64,000 nt of DNA, taken from NCBI GenBank assembly GCA_030141605.1, contig JAQGDQ010000942.1, positions 14,764 through 78,763 of the forward strand, read 5' to 3'. The stretch is from Tubiluchus corallicola. Lineage: Eukaryota; Animalia; Priapulida. The position numbers and the translations under genes are program-made. Each line of letters opens with the position of its first letter. The first letter of the stretch is position 1. The notes under the pieces were generated by a model. That model was not told where the DNA came from and searched no databases. It saw only the letters and a list, made by a program, of their open reading frames with translations. This document shows positions 11,975 through 23,839 of the stretch, in pieces.

Positions 11975-14659
11975 AATGATGATGATGATTTTGGTGGTGG
12001 TGGTGACGATGAAACAATAATAACAATAATAATGTGATTATTAATATAGGACTTTTTCAATAATTTTTTTCAAACTGCTGTACAATTTTTATCATTCTGA
12101 ATGACTATGCAAATTAAATTTTACTCACTTACACTTAGGTGATTTTACGGCAACTTATCTCAGTGGAACTTATGAAACTTATGAAAATCAATTTATAGCA
12201 GATGGTATTCACTGGTTGACTCCTTCAGCAAAACTTATTGTCACTCTAAGAAATCCAACTAACAGGTACGACGAGGATGGTTATCCATTCATAGATAATT
12301 TTCTTCGTTTTATGGTTTTCTCCTTGGGATGTATAAGTCAGCTTGGGACTACATTTCGTTTATTTTGCTTTGTAATTCAAGTTAAAAACCTTTAGCCTTT
12401 AATTAGCTTATCTTAATTGCCTATGTAATCAAATACTTCAATGTTTTCACAGCTGTTAGTTTGGCATAAAATTTTGATGTTCAGTCATATGGAAAGGGCT
12501 TTTCTGGTCTCTCTAGCTACCTTAACGTGGGTGCGATAAATTTGTGATTATCTATTTCTTTCTGTAGATCATCCTGATTTCGTCCAATCCTCTGAAATTA
12601 AAGCATCATATCTTATCGATTATAATCCGCATGTGAAAAAGTAGCATTAGTATGATTATGTTGCTACAGATTCATTTGATCTCATTGGTTAATCAAAAAA
12701 ATTATATAATTTGATTTGATATTTAACTCTCTGTTTTAGGTTATTTGAGTATTTTAAAAGATTTCTTTCTATAGATTCAGATCGTGGTATAGCTTTTTTA
12801 AACAAAATTCTGTATCTCCTGAAAAGATTCATGAAGAGGTCGAACAACAAATCGCTGCTTATAGGAAATGCTCAAGGAAAAGAAAACCGGACAGCTACGA
12901 GAAGTATCCCTGCGTTTTTGATGAAAAAATAAGATTCAAGGTATTTGGGTAGAGCAAGTAACAGTTCTTGGGTCTTTCTTTTTCAAGGCAACGTTCATTT
13001 TTGTCTGTTTTTAAATTGTTTGTTCATTATTTGTTTTTTACGTCATTTTATATATGTATTGCCATGCATATATTTATATATTAATTAGTTTCTTCATTAT
13101 TTTATTTTTTTATTTAATGTACATTATTATTTTATTTCATTTATTTGTCAGTTGAGTTGTTTACGCGTCACACACCCTGGAAGCCTAACAATATGCTCCT
13201 TTTGTGTTTACACTGCTTTGTTCGTAAATAATGTTATTTGTTTTCAGTAATATTTGTTTGTTTAGCTGTTCAGTAAAACGTTATTTTACATTACAATTTT
13301 AAATTTGCTTAGGTTCTCTGCTTTGTGGAAATGTAACCAAATGTAAGCTGCTGCGACATGCAACTGTGGTCTGCAAAGTAATTGGTTACCGAATTGGTGA
13401 TCAGACCTGTGGCCTGGTGAAAGTTGATGACCTAGCTGCAACTTGCAAAATCAACATAATTTTCTAATTCGCTGACCTTTTCTTCTATTATAGTACTAAA
13501 CACAAAATTTAAACATATGCTACTCAGAAAAAAGTGCACAGTTCATGCTCCATGTATTATTATGACGATAAGTACACACATTACCTAATACATTACATGT
13601 TTTCCATGATACTTAACAAAAATATTATATTTTACATAATATTTGTATGATGACGAAAAAAACAGTCATCCAGCAAGATCAAGCATTTAACTCAAGATAT
13701 TACCCATTCTTATAAGAGGCTCTTCTGCTACATTACGAGTACTGACATGTTTCTAGTGAGTCTACAGTTTAGCATCTGTTACCAACTGTGTGACCCTGTC
13801 ACCTGGACAGAGATATGCGTTATCTGATAACTCTGTTGCGTTGCGTTGTCTTGCCTAGTCTTGCTTTTTTACCTGTTCGTCATTTGAATCAATTTGAAAT
13901 CAATTAATTGTACTAACAAACTGATGTATAAACACAATGTGATTACGAATCTGCCTTTATAACTATTAGCATTTCTAACCATATTTTGATTCCATAATTT
14001 TTTTAATTTTACTAAAATGGTGACAAACATTGAGACTATACTCAGAAGTTACACCAGAATGTTATAGATACAATTCGATATAATTTGTACAAACCATAAG
14101 TTTCTTCCAATAGGGACCTTTACTCCATGGCTGCTACGCTGCGTATCTACGACATTATCTGCACGTCTTTCCACGACATCAAATATTGATTGTCAAGTTT
14201 GAAGATACGATTAAAGATATTAATTTCACTGCTCAACAAATTTATAGGTTTCTAGGACTAAAAGGTGAGATTTTTTGCAAATCATCTTTTCTTAGCAAGT
14301 TTTGTTTTCCTAAATTATTTTAATTATTATCATTTATTTTCCCATTATTATGATATGGGCATCAGTATGGTTAACATATTAAAAAAAGATTAGTACATCA
14401 ACAATTAAAATAAATAAGTTGACAAAAACCAGCACAATAAAAATGTGCTTGTATTTTAATTTGTTTACTCATTTTTAATTGCATGATCGTGTTGTTAATT
14501 TTAGAACATCCTGTGAACCGCAGCATCAGGGCAAATCCATCCAAGATGAAAACGGTAATACTGGACACTACCATAAAATTACTTGACGATTTCTATTCAC
14601 CATTTAATAGAGATTTAGCTGAGTTACTAAACAGTGAAAAATGGTTTTGGAAGGAATAA
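5679..14659 (+). CDS. CHST15: Carbohydrate sulfotransferase, CHST15 (GalNAc4S-6ST)-like; multi-exon, 5' exon(s) with TM anchor not located
   Basis: Six phase-compatible GT-AG exons: 5679-5846, 10819-10932, 12139-12265, 12775-12940, 14114-14264, 14505-14659 (881 nt, ends in TAA). Spliced protein reads LRCVPYVYLVGAQKSGTSTIY (5'-PSB PAPS loop), KEVHWW, YLMVFEKATKEI, KITGDFTATY, PSAKLIVTLRNPTNRFRSWY (3'-PB motif), GCYAAYLRHYLHVFPRHQILIVKFED, LLDDFYSPFNRDLAELL..WFW. These motifs are co-linear with CHST15 as recalled. The symbol denotes family, not proven orthology. Confidence 0.9.
6100..6620 (+). mobile_element. Non-autonomous DNA-transposon-like interspersed repeat; related copy at ~32076-32420
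   Basis: Shares aaaaactgct.[c/t]cactaagcag.g.ttac and tagttatgtctgtgc blocks with 32076-32420. That copy starts at TTAA-CTC (piggyBac-like end). Boundaries approximate. Confidence 0.45.
7521..7605. repeat. (CA)n/(CACG)n microsatellite
   Basis: Direct inspection. Confidence 0.95.
7781..8590. repeat. 85-bp minisatellite (43+42-bp related subunits), ~9 copies, inside a sulfotransferase intron
   Basis: cctcggggca recurs at 8111, 8196 and 8281 (period 85). The central copies are near-identical. Confidence 0.95.
11938..12030. repeat. (GAT)n microsatellite
   Basis: Direct inspection. Confidence 0.9.
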
Positions 14660-15849
14660 AAAAATTTTATTTCTCTCAAAATGGCAATATTAATATATAT
14701 GCATTGCTTAAGAGTCAAACTGTTTTGTTATATGCTGCAATAATGGTGTTAGAAGGAAGATGGAATTTCCCTCATTTCCGCAATGCGCAAGGCACAGTTA
14801 TTGCTATAACTTATACTAGATATTTGTTTTAATTTGATTAAAGTGGTATTAGTAATTTGTCCTTAAAAAACAAAGATATTCAGCTGGTATCATTTTCAGC
14901 GACGCCATCCCAGCACGGGCACATAAAGCTTGTATTATCGTATTTTGTAGGCTTGTGTGATTAGCGTTTTGTGATCAACTGAAATACTTAACAAGATTTA
15001 TAATTAAGCAGCCCTCCTTTGTACAGACAGCGCCTCTCGCATGGTTCGGTATTTGCCATTTTATGTTATAAAATAAATAACAACTGAGGAAAGCTAATAT
15101 TACAGAAAGCTAATCTAAGTTAGCTGAAGCTGTAAATCATCATGAAAAGTGCTGGTACAAGAAATGTAACAAAGATTTAAAAAGTAAAAGAAAGTTGATT
15201 AAATTAAAAATAATTTTTCAGAATTTCCTAAAAAAAAATTTGACTAGATTTATTCTGCCCATCAAACTTTGTACAATGGCAGTTTCATTAATGCTGATCA
15301 AATTTCTGATTTCTGAGGTCATAAATTTGATCAACAATAAGTTTATTTTAACACAAGACTGAATCATTTGACTGAACATTAACATTAACATTTACACATA
15401 ATACTGGAAAGTCAAGGCACTAAAGTTAAATTTTCAATAAAATTAATGCTAACATTGTGTATTAAATTTCCTTATTACATAAAACAATTTTCTAGTTTCA
15501 GCTTAACTAAAGATGTTACAGTTTCAAGATTTATAAATTTTGCAAACTGTCTTAACATTGCTACGTGTTTGTTTAAAAAAATAGTTTCCATAAGATAGTT
15601 GCGCTTCTCAAAACATTTATCCCTAAAATAATTACGAATTTATTATATAAACACCATCAATGACTTTTCAAATCACAGCTTTTTGGTTGCGCGATAAGAA
15701 TCAAAAAGTGGGGCGTTCCTTGACTTTATGTTTTGGGATTTTCCTATTAATTATAAATCTTGTGGGGAATTTGAGCTGACCACATTTTATAGATAAAGAA
15801 AGATTTTTCATCAATTTTCTGTGAAATATTAAATTTTATAAACTGGTGG

Positions 15850-16460
15850 CACATTTTGCAAAGCCCTAAATTGCAGATCATTTCAGGGTCTCTGTGCACA
15901 GATCAATGGTCTTGTAAAGTCTTGTAAAGTTTTTGAGGTGAGATGCAGTTCACGCCCAGCGCACAATGAAATATGTAACCTTGAGCAATTTCGTCTGGAA
16001 ATTAATAATGACAGAAAGTAATTATCCTCGCTTTTGAAATTTATAATCTTTACGGCAAATTTCACAAAAGCCCTGAGTTGCAAACAACTTGAGACGTGCT
16101 CTCTGCACACAAAAGAGAAGCTTAATGGTTTTTCAAAATCTTGTGAAGTGTTTGAGTTACACACAAAGAAGGATTTTAATCTTGTCTGGAATTTAATGAC
16201 CTGAAAAGTGCCGAAAATAATAATCCCGCTTTTGAAATTTATAATCTTTTCGGCAAATTCCACAAAAGCCCTGAATTGCAGACAACTTGAGACGTGCTCT
16301 CTGCACACAAAAGAGAAGATTAATTATATATCTTTTGAAATGTTTGCCTGAGTGGCAGGTTACACCCTGCTGACAGTGGAACGTTTTATTCCCTAATAAT
16401 TCTGTCTGGAATTTAATAACGATTGATAAGCTGACAATAATAATCTCTCTCTTTGAAGTG
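15850..16460. repeat. ~200-bp diverged tandem repeat, ~3 copies
   Basis: caaa(a)gccct.a.ttgca...ctctg..cac recurs at ~15859, ~16063 and ~16261. gtctggaa.ttaat.a.ga recurs three times. Confidence 0.75.
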
Positions 16461-16729
16461 GTTCAGCAAATTTATACAACAATCTTAGCAGCGTGAGAAC
16501 TACATGGGCAATGGCCAACCTTGAAATGGTCTGATTTTGATAAAATATATCAGTAATGAAGTTTTGAGGTCTCAAAACAAGAAACGCATAACAGCTTTGC
16601 AACATTTGGATATTTGAAAAAAAAATTGGCACAAGTGTTGACTCTTGTTGCTTGCCACTGTTGTTTTGTGAAGTTTATCTTTTTTACAATAACTGTGTCA
16701 TTGTTATTTTGTCCTCGTCACTGCTGATC

Positions 16730-17364
16730 CACATTTGACTGTCACTCCAGTTACTGTTTCTGTTGTTGTTGTTGCTGTGCTGGCGATAATGACGACAATT
16801 ACGACGACGACGATGACGATGACAATTACAATGACGTTGGTGATGATGACGACGATGATGATGATGAAGATGACGATGACGATGACGTTGTGATGATGAT
16901 GATGATGATGATGGTGAAGTTGATAATGACGATGAGGATTTCATTCTGCTTTTCTTGTTGTTTTTATATAACAAGCTTTTTACTTTTATGCTAATAATTT
17001 TGCAAGAAAAAATCCACTTTCATTCTCTTGAGACAAGTTGCTGAGAGGCGGCTAGAGAGCAGCTTAATCTATTCCCACGGAATCTTAAGCACTTTAACAT
17101 AATCCCTGAAAAGGATGCGGTCTATCAGCTTTATTTGCTTTAAAATTTTGAAGAAGTGAGGATTGTCAGTCTTAAGATGTTTTGCAAACACATCTATAAT
17201 CTCTTAAGCTTCTTACAAATTTCTTTGTTATCAGGAGACTTGAATTATCAACCTTCCACTGAACTGGTACCCACATTTATCTGGAAAAATGGCCCACAGA
17301 AAATATGATGGCACAACGTCCCTAGTCGTACGTCCGCATAAATCATCGGGATATTTTTGGACAA
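16730..17364 (+). repeat. Composite interspersed repeat: (GAT/GAC)n plus ~350-bp core, adjoining the 29-bp array; inverted homolog at 61730-62330
   Basis: 17000-17320 matches the reverse complement of 61810-62165 (e.g. gaactggtacccacatttatctggaaaaatggcc). Microsatellite and flank tttgactgtcactc.agtta also correspond. Confidence 0.85.
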
Positions 17365-18560
17365 GTAAATATGTGTGGTTGCATAGAAAATGAATAAATA
17401 TGTGCGGTTGCATAGAAAATAATTCAATATGTGCGGTTGCAGAGATAATAAGTAAATATGTGCGGTTGCATAAAAAATAAGTAAATGTGTGCGGTTGCAT
17501 AGATAATAAGTAAATATGTGAGGTTGCATAGAAAATAAGTAAATATGTGAGGTTGCATAGAAAATAAGTAAATATGTGCGGTTGCATAGAAAATGAGTTA
17601 ATATGTGAGGTTGCATAGAAAATGAGTAAATATGTGAGGTTGCATAGAAAATGAGTAAATATGTGAGGTTGCATAGAAAATGAGTTAATATGTGAGATTG
17701 CATAGAAAATGAGTAAATATGTGAGGTTGCATAGAAAATAAGTAAATATGTGCGGTTGCATAGAAAATGAGTTAATATGTGAGGTTGCATAGAAAATGAG
17801 TAAATATGTGAGGTTGCATAGAAAATGAGTAAATATGTGAGGTTGCATAGAAAATGAGTTAATATGTGAGGTTGCATAGAAAATGAGTAAATATGTGAGG
17901 TTGCATAGAAAATAAGTAAATATGTGCGGTTGCATAGAAAATGAGTTAATATGTGAGGTTGCATAGAAAATGAGTAAATATGTGAGGTTGCATAGAAAAT
18001 GAGTAAATATGTGAGGTTGCATAGAAAATGAGTTAATATGTGAGGTTGCATAGAAAATGAGTAAATATGTGAGGTTGCATAGAAAATGAGTTAATATGTG
18101 AGGTTGCATAGAAAATGAGTAAATATGTGAGGTTGCATAGAAAATGAGTAAATATGCGAGGTTGCATAGAAAATGAGTAAATATGTGAGATTGCATAGAA
18201 AATGAGTAAATATGTGAGGTTGCATAGAAAATAAGTAAATATGTGAGGTTGCATAGAAAATAACTAAATATGTGAGGTTGCATAGAAAATAAGTAAATAT
18301 GTGAGGTTGCGTAGAAAATAAGTAAATATGTGTGGTTGCATAGAAAATAAGTAAATATGTGAGATTGCATAGAAAACAAGTAAATATGTGCGGTTGCATA
18401 GAAAATAAGTAAATATGTGTGGTTGCGTAGAAAATAAGTAAATATGTGAGATTGCATAGAAAATAAGTAAATATGTGAGGTTGCATAGAAAATAAGTAAA
18501 TATGTAAGATTGCATAGAAAATAAGTAAATATGTGAGGTTGCATAGAAAATAAGTAAACA
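17365..18560. repeat. 29-bp minisatellite, ~41 copies
   Basis: Unit gtaaatatgtgaggttgcatagaaaat[g/a]a; period 29 (17521 to 17550). Confidence 0.97.
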
Positions 18561-19289
18561 TGTCTGAGAGACTATCTTTGAAAAGTATTTCTTATTTTTG
18601 TGAAAGTTTAAATAGTATTTAAATAGTAAAACTATCATGAATAGTTTACACTTTGTTTGCTAAACACAATAACAGTAACTTAAGGCTGACACTTAGGATC
18701 CCACTCGTGATTTGAACCCACATATTTTATCTCCCCGCAGATACGCCCCGTAGGTACCTAGGGCCAACTCATTCAAATTCTAAACTACTACAACCTGTGC
18801 ACGACCACCACACCACTCGGCGAGGAGACTAGTTTGAGAATTGTTGAAGTAAATCTGGTTTAAAATAAAGAACAGAAAACCAACAAATAAACTCGACGTC
18901 ACACATGAGCTTTATTTCATTTCATTCTGAAACACTAAATGTTTTCTGTATCATACGACGCACTTCAAAATGTTCAGTTTATTTTCTTTAATTTTTTACT
19001 TTCACACTGTGGAACAATCTAGCAAGCCCTGTTTCTTTTTTTTTGGCCGCAACTCATTTACATTTATATGTAGGCAAACATAGTGCGAGGCTTTTCTTGT
19101 ATTAATTTTATTGTATGTCATTTCACAATATTTTGTACATAAAATCATGGTAAATGTGACATAAATGACTTATGACTAATGACCTATGAGATAGCTGTGT
19201 CATTCTGCAATGTTCAGCATCTTTAGGCTGTAAAGCACAAAGGTGTGCTTCAATGTTGTTTTCAAATTCTGGTGAATTTCTTTGTTTTA

Positions 19290-20100
19290 CGTGCCTTGAT
19301 AATAAATAATTTTTTTCCAAAAATACGCGTTTTTGGCGTACTTGGCGCTCCGTTCTTTCTTGGAGGCTGAGCAAATATTCATTGCGCCAAATTTTCTTAG
19401 AGAATCTAAATAACTAACACATTTCTTCCACATTTCGAAAAGACGTTCTCCAGACAGATTGTACTGCTGTATAATCGGGATCTGATTCGGATTTACTGTA
19501 CGCTGGCACATAATTTAAAGTGCGCATGCTCAAGAAATGTCTTGGAGTTAAAACCAAACTGGAATCTGTATCTGGCTCAATGTATGTAATAGGACGGTTG
19601 TTGATTAAACTTTCAATTTCAACGAGCAAAGTACTCAACTGACACTGATAAAGAGCCCTGCTACCAATTCTTTTGCATAGAGAGCGTTTAATAAGGCTCA
19701 TTAAATGCTGGTAAACCGCGCCTATCCAAGGCGAAAGCTGAATGATAAAATGCCAATTAATACCAGTTTGTACTATGTATTGTTGCAGATAGATACGCGT
19801 TGCCAGGAAAAGAAAAATCACAGTTTTGGCATTGAACTTGCACAGATTGCAGGCAGCTGTGACCAAAAGTCCTCTTTGAAGGTGCAATATAAAGATCCTG
19901 TATAAATCAAGAAAATGTCTAAATTGAACTAAGATCTCAGTTTGCTTTACAACCCAACTTATTTTGAGTCAAAGGCATTTCAGCCGATTATCCTGCCAAA
20001 TTGTCATACGATGATATATGTATTGGGTTGGCGCTTCAATTTGAAAAAAGGAAACGATTTATAACTACGATTTGTTTAGGCACCGGAGAGGCGCTCTACT
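19290..20100 (-). mobile_element. Decayed BEL/Pao LTR-retrotransposon integrase fragment
   Basis: GINWHFI..LSPW.GAVY..L..LIKRSL.K.IG...L...QL.TLL.EIE.LIN.RPITY...LTPRHFL, then FEMWKK..YL.SLR: BEL/Pao integrase core plus C-terminal region, frameshifted. Confidence 0.85.
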
Positions 20101-21122
20101 TGTCACAGTATGGTTCAAGTATGTTCAACATTCAGCGTAAATCTGCTTTAACTCTCCAACTCTAAAAAAGGTGCTTGCATATTTCATCATTTCATCAAAA
20201 CTTTTCAGAAAAAGCTGTAGGAATACCTTTTCTTATGCACTTTTTATGGTCTTCTGTTTCAGGTACTTGTATGGCACACTAGAACACAGGCTCCATCTAT
20301 TATAAAAAATTGCAACAAACCAAATTTGAAAAAAACTATAGTTTTTTGAAAACAGAACAAATCTACATAATAAGCCTTTTCGCATTTTCGTTGCTGGTAT
20401 CACAGTTGCTATAGGTTAAAAGTTAAGTGTACCACACCAACGCGTCTTTACTACAACCATCACATGACATGCGAGTAAGGGAAGCCGCATCAGTTCTCAA
20501 TTTATTAGCATTAGTCTTTTCAGTCTTTGCGAAGAGTGATTTACTAATAGGATCTTACTTGATGACAGAAAGAATGAACTAGGTCATTCTGTTACCATTA
20601 CAATAGCTTGGGATTGCGAGGTGTTGTCAAGTGCACACAAATGCATGGCTAAAACCACATTTTTATCGTTTTTGAATCATTTGTCACATTTGAATGACTT
20701 ATGTCACATATTTTGTGCCAAGATGCATTTGAAGTGACTATTACATTTTTATGTCGAATTGCGACAGCTGGACGACGTATGTGACAACAGCTTGTATGAC
20801 TTATGTCAGATTTGATGTTACGAACGTAAACTTCATTTCCTGACCGGGAAAAACTACTGTAATTGTAGATGTACATCTCGAATTACAACACAAATTAATA
20901 ATTTTTTTATTCACAATAAACTGACATTCAGTAAGGCCAATGAGAGAAAACACAAAAGATAGAAAAGAAAGGAAACGAGAAATGATGATAAATGAGTTTT
21001 CAATTTTTTCGATTCGTCAGACAAACAATGATTTAGTTATAACTCTTTCATATGGAGCTTTACAAATGTTGTCATTTCATCTGGATAAAAGCAGCGCTAT
21101 TATAGTGATTATACAATAATAA

Positions 21123-22145
21123 TTATTTTTCCTTTTCTGCATCCCATCCAAGCTTTATTGGTTTTTCTGGTAAACTCGCTAAAGAGACATTCCACACTAA
21201 CAGAGGTTCAAAATCACATTCACCAACAGGTTCTTTAGAAGTTCTTTGATAATTCATTCCCACTTCTCTTCTGTTACAAGCAAACGTTTTGTTATCAGGT
21301 AAATTAGCGTACAGTGTATACAAGTTGTTTACTGCAAAATAATACATGATGTATGATGAAGGCATAGACCTCATCTTTAAATGACGTTTTCGTATCCAGG
21401 CATTTGTGATTAATCTTCGTCCTGGAATTATCGGAATGAAACTTTCATCTTTCATTACATCAAACACCCAATTGCGAAACTGATGCCATATTTCTGGAAT
21501 TGGTGCAAATCCCCAAGTGCCTATCTGATGATATAGAAACACGTCTGCACTATAACAATCTTGACACAGAGGATTTCTGTGCTTTCCTGTTCTTGAAATC
21601 AAGGTTCCTCTCTGCAGAGTTATACCTCCAACATCAGTTTTTTTGTGATACTGTAATAATGCAGCTTTAAGCCATGTATAATAGTGAGGGGAAACTTCCA
21701 GATCATCTTCCAAAATCAGCCCGAATTCTCCTTTCCTTCCAGATGTCTTCCAGCAGTCATACCATTGCAAGTATGGTCCATAGTGTACAGGGTGGACAAC
21801 AACTTCCTTTCTACCATAAATCCATATAAATGAGTGAACGACGTCAAGTGTAATAGCTGATTTTGAACTTTCATTAGCACTTCTGTCTACACAAATCTTT
21901 AACCCAACTTCATCCTCACTGTAGTTACTTGAATTAAGAGACTTTAGAAGCCTCAGCAATGACGCTGGTCTATTGTAAGTCAATACAACGATTTCCAACT
22001 TAAACAATTCATTTTCTTTCTTACACTTGTTATGATTAGTCGATCTCAAATGCGGAATTCCACAATGGAACAACACAAACATACAAAAGCAGGCAAATAT
22101 GACAAATCTTTGCCGCTTATTGCAAACTGATGCCTTTCTGCGCAT
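21123..22145 (-). CDS. Intronless type II membrane GT-A fold glycosyltransferase, 340 aa (GT2-like, uncharacterised family)
   Basis: Clean ORF with basic N-terminus and hydrophobic anchor (FVIFACFCMFVLFHC). Motifs: IVVLTYNRPASLLRLLKSL, G.K.V..H....G...QW..CW, LILEDDLEVSPHYY.W (EDD metal/nucleotide-sugar motif), GITLQR, FLYHQIGTWG, R.VG.NY. The pattern resembles plant At5g12260-type proteins (from memory, unverified). Confidence 0.9.
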   Translation of the reverse strand: MRRKASVCNKRQRFVIFACFCMFVLFHCGIPHLRSTNHNKCKKENELFKLEIVVLTYNRPASLLRLLKSLNSSNYSEDEVGLKICVDRSANESSKSAITLDVVHSFIWIYGRKEVVVHPVHYGPYLQWYDCWKTSGRKGEFGLILEDDLEVSPHYYTWLKAALLQYHKKTDVGGITLQRGTLISRTGKHRNPLCQDCYSADVFLYHQIGTWGFAPIPEIWHQFRNWVFDVMKDESFIPIIPGRRLITNAWIRKRHLKMRSMPSSYIMYYFAVNNLYTLYANLPDNKTFACNRREVGMNYQRTSKEPVGECDFEPLLVWNVSLASLPEKPIKLGWDAEKEK

Positions 22146-23839
22146 TACTATTTAACTAAGCAGTTAGTCATTGCAGAAGATAAATGAACTCCATCCCTTC
22201 ACAAGCTCTAAAATTGGCTTTTATTGCCGGCATATGTTTTCTAAATCGCACACTTTAAGTTTTTCGCAAATGGTGCGCTCTCTGATGAGAAATATCGTAC
22301 TGCATTGTGAGATTATTGAAAAGATAATGATGGTGGCGTTTGCCACCGAAGGTCAAATTCAATTTGATTCGTTTATTCAGTTAAAGTTGCACAAAACTTT
22401 TAATAGCATATCGTGCTTTCCTGAAAGATTTCATGTCATCAGTCAAAAACAATGAGCACGTGAAGTAACTTTTCGTTTTTATTGGTTAGATGTTGTAGGT
22501 AGTTGCAGCCATATCACCAAGCTTAAAATTAAAGTGTACACTTTAATATAATTTGTGCACAGCGGTAATGAACTTTTTTTGGTAAAAAAAATTACCTGCA
22601 ATTTACTAAATCACTTTACGATATATGAGATATGCTAGTATTCAAAACTTACCATCACCAGCAAATAATCTATAATTCGTGCATTCGTCTAAGAGTATCT
22701 AATACCCATTTATCGCATGTTAAATGTTTCATCTTTCAATGACAAATCTAATGTACACATCTGGTTTGCTGCTGATAATTAGTTGCTAGTTTGCTTATCG
22801 TTTGCAGCGTTTGCTTCTTTGACTCTCACTCATTTCTGAGACTAAGAAAGAAACTGTGTTTGGTTGAAATCAAAAGTGACGCCATCATCTTTGCTCGTGC
22901 AGTAGATGCTCAGTGCACTCTTCCATGTTGCTGTGAAGAAGACCATAAATTAACTCACAACAGTAACAACAATAATTTTTATCATTAGCTTTATTTATTT
23001 TCGAAACCACATGTACAGTGACATACGTGGTTCAATTAGAAAATAATGACTGACAAAAACAAGAATGGATTTAACTTACACACAAGAAGACAAAACAATT
23101 AGTTTAAACGACCCAACACAAAGCAATAATTGTATGTTGTCCAGAAAAAACGACAGTTGCTCTTTGCCTAGTGAATGTCTTCGAATCAGAGGTGATTTTG
23201 TAATTAAGCGCATTGTTTGTTAGTAACATTTGTTTGATAGCAGCTGCTTACGTTTCCTACGTTTGTTGCATCCTTTTAGTGGGATGTCACTGAAGCAATG
23301 CTCAATAAAAGTAAATACTGCAAACTTTGCGAAAGTATTTTAGCAGACTGCATCTTACACAATAATTAAAAACTTTGTCATCGTAATAATCTTGTGTAAG
23401 CAACATTGTTTCAAGGCTTACAGTTGATATTGCTTTCAAATGGTGCTTTTTCGTTTGGGTGGCGCATGCGCCACGTGATGTCTATGGATCTAGTTTTGGC
23501 AATAAATCCTATCAATACGCGCTTTTATTCTTGTAGCATGTTTGCAGGAGTAAATGTAAAAAGTTTGAGGGTGGGCAGTTAAACCTACGCCTACAGTGAA
23601 AAGCACTGCAATATGGTAAGTGCAATATACATTCAGCAGAGGTTAACAGTAAATAGTAATGCGTACATCACAAGTAGGATGTAACCAAACAACAGATGGC
23701 ATGTTCCATGTAAGAGCATCACGAAATTTGAAAATCTTTATGTATACGACGCCTTAGCCCGAAACGAGCGGAACACATTCGATGAAAAACAGATCAAAAT
23801 ATAAACACAATTTAAATATTATATATACAGTAGTGAATA

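Noticed and set aside
12740-12774. Upstream AG acceptor at 12738-12739 for sulfotransferase exon 4
   Set aside because: It gives the wrong frame and a premature stop; the acceptor at 12773-12774 restores RFRSWY and the downstream homology.
17231-18638. ORFs up to 437 aa (MQPHIFTYFLCN...) and a superficially CRISPR-like ~29-bp repeat
   Set aside because: Contiguous minisatellite with no unique spacers, no cas genes and a eukaryotic context; ORFs arise in all frames from the repeat.
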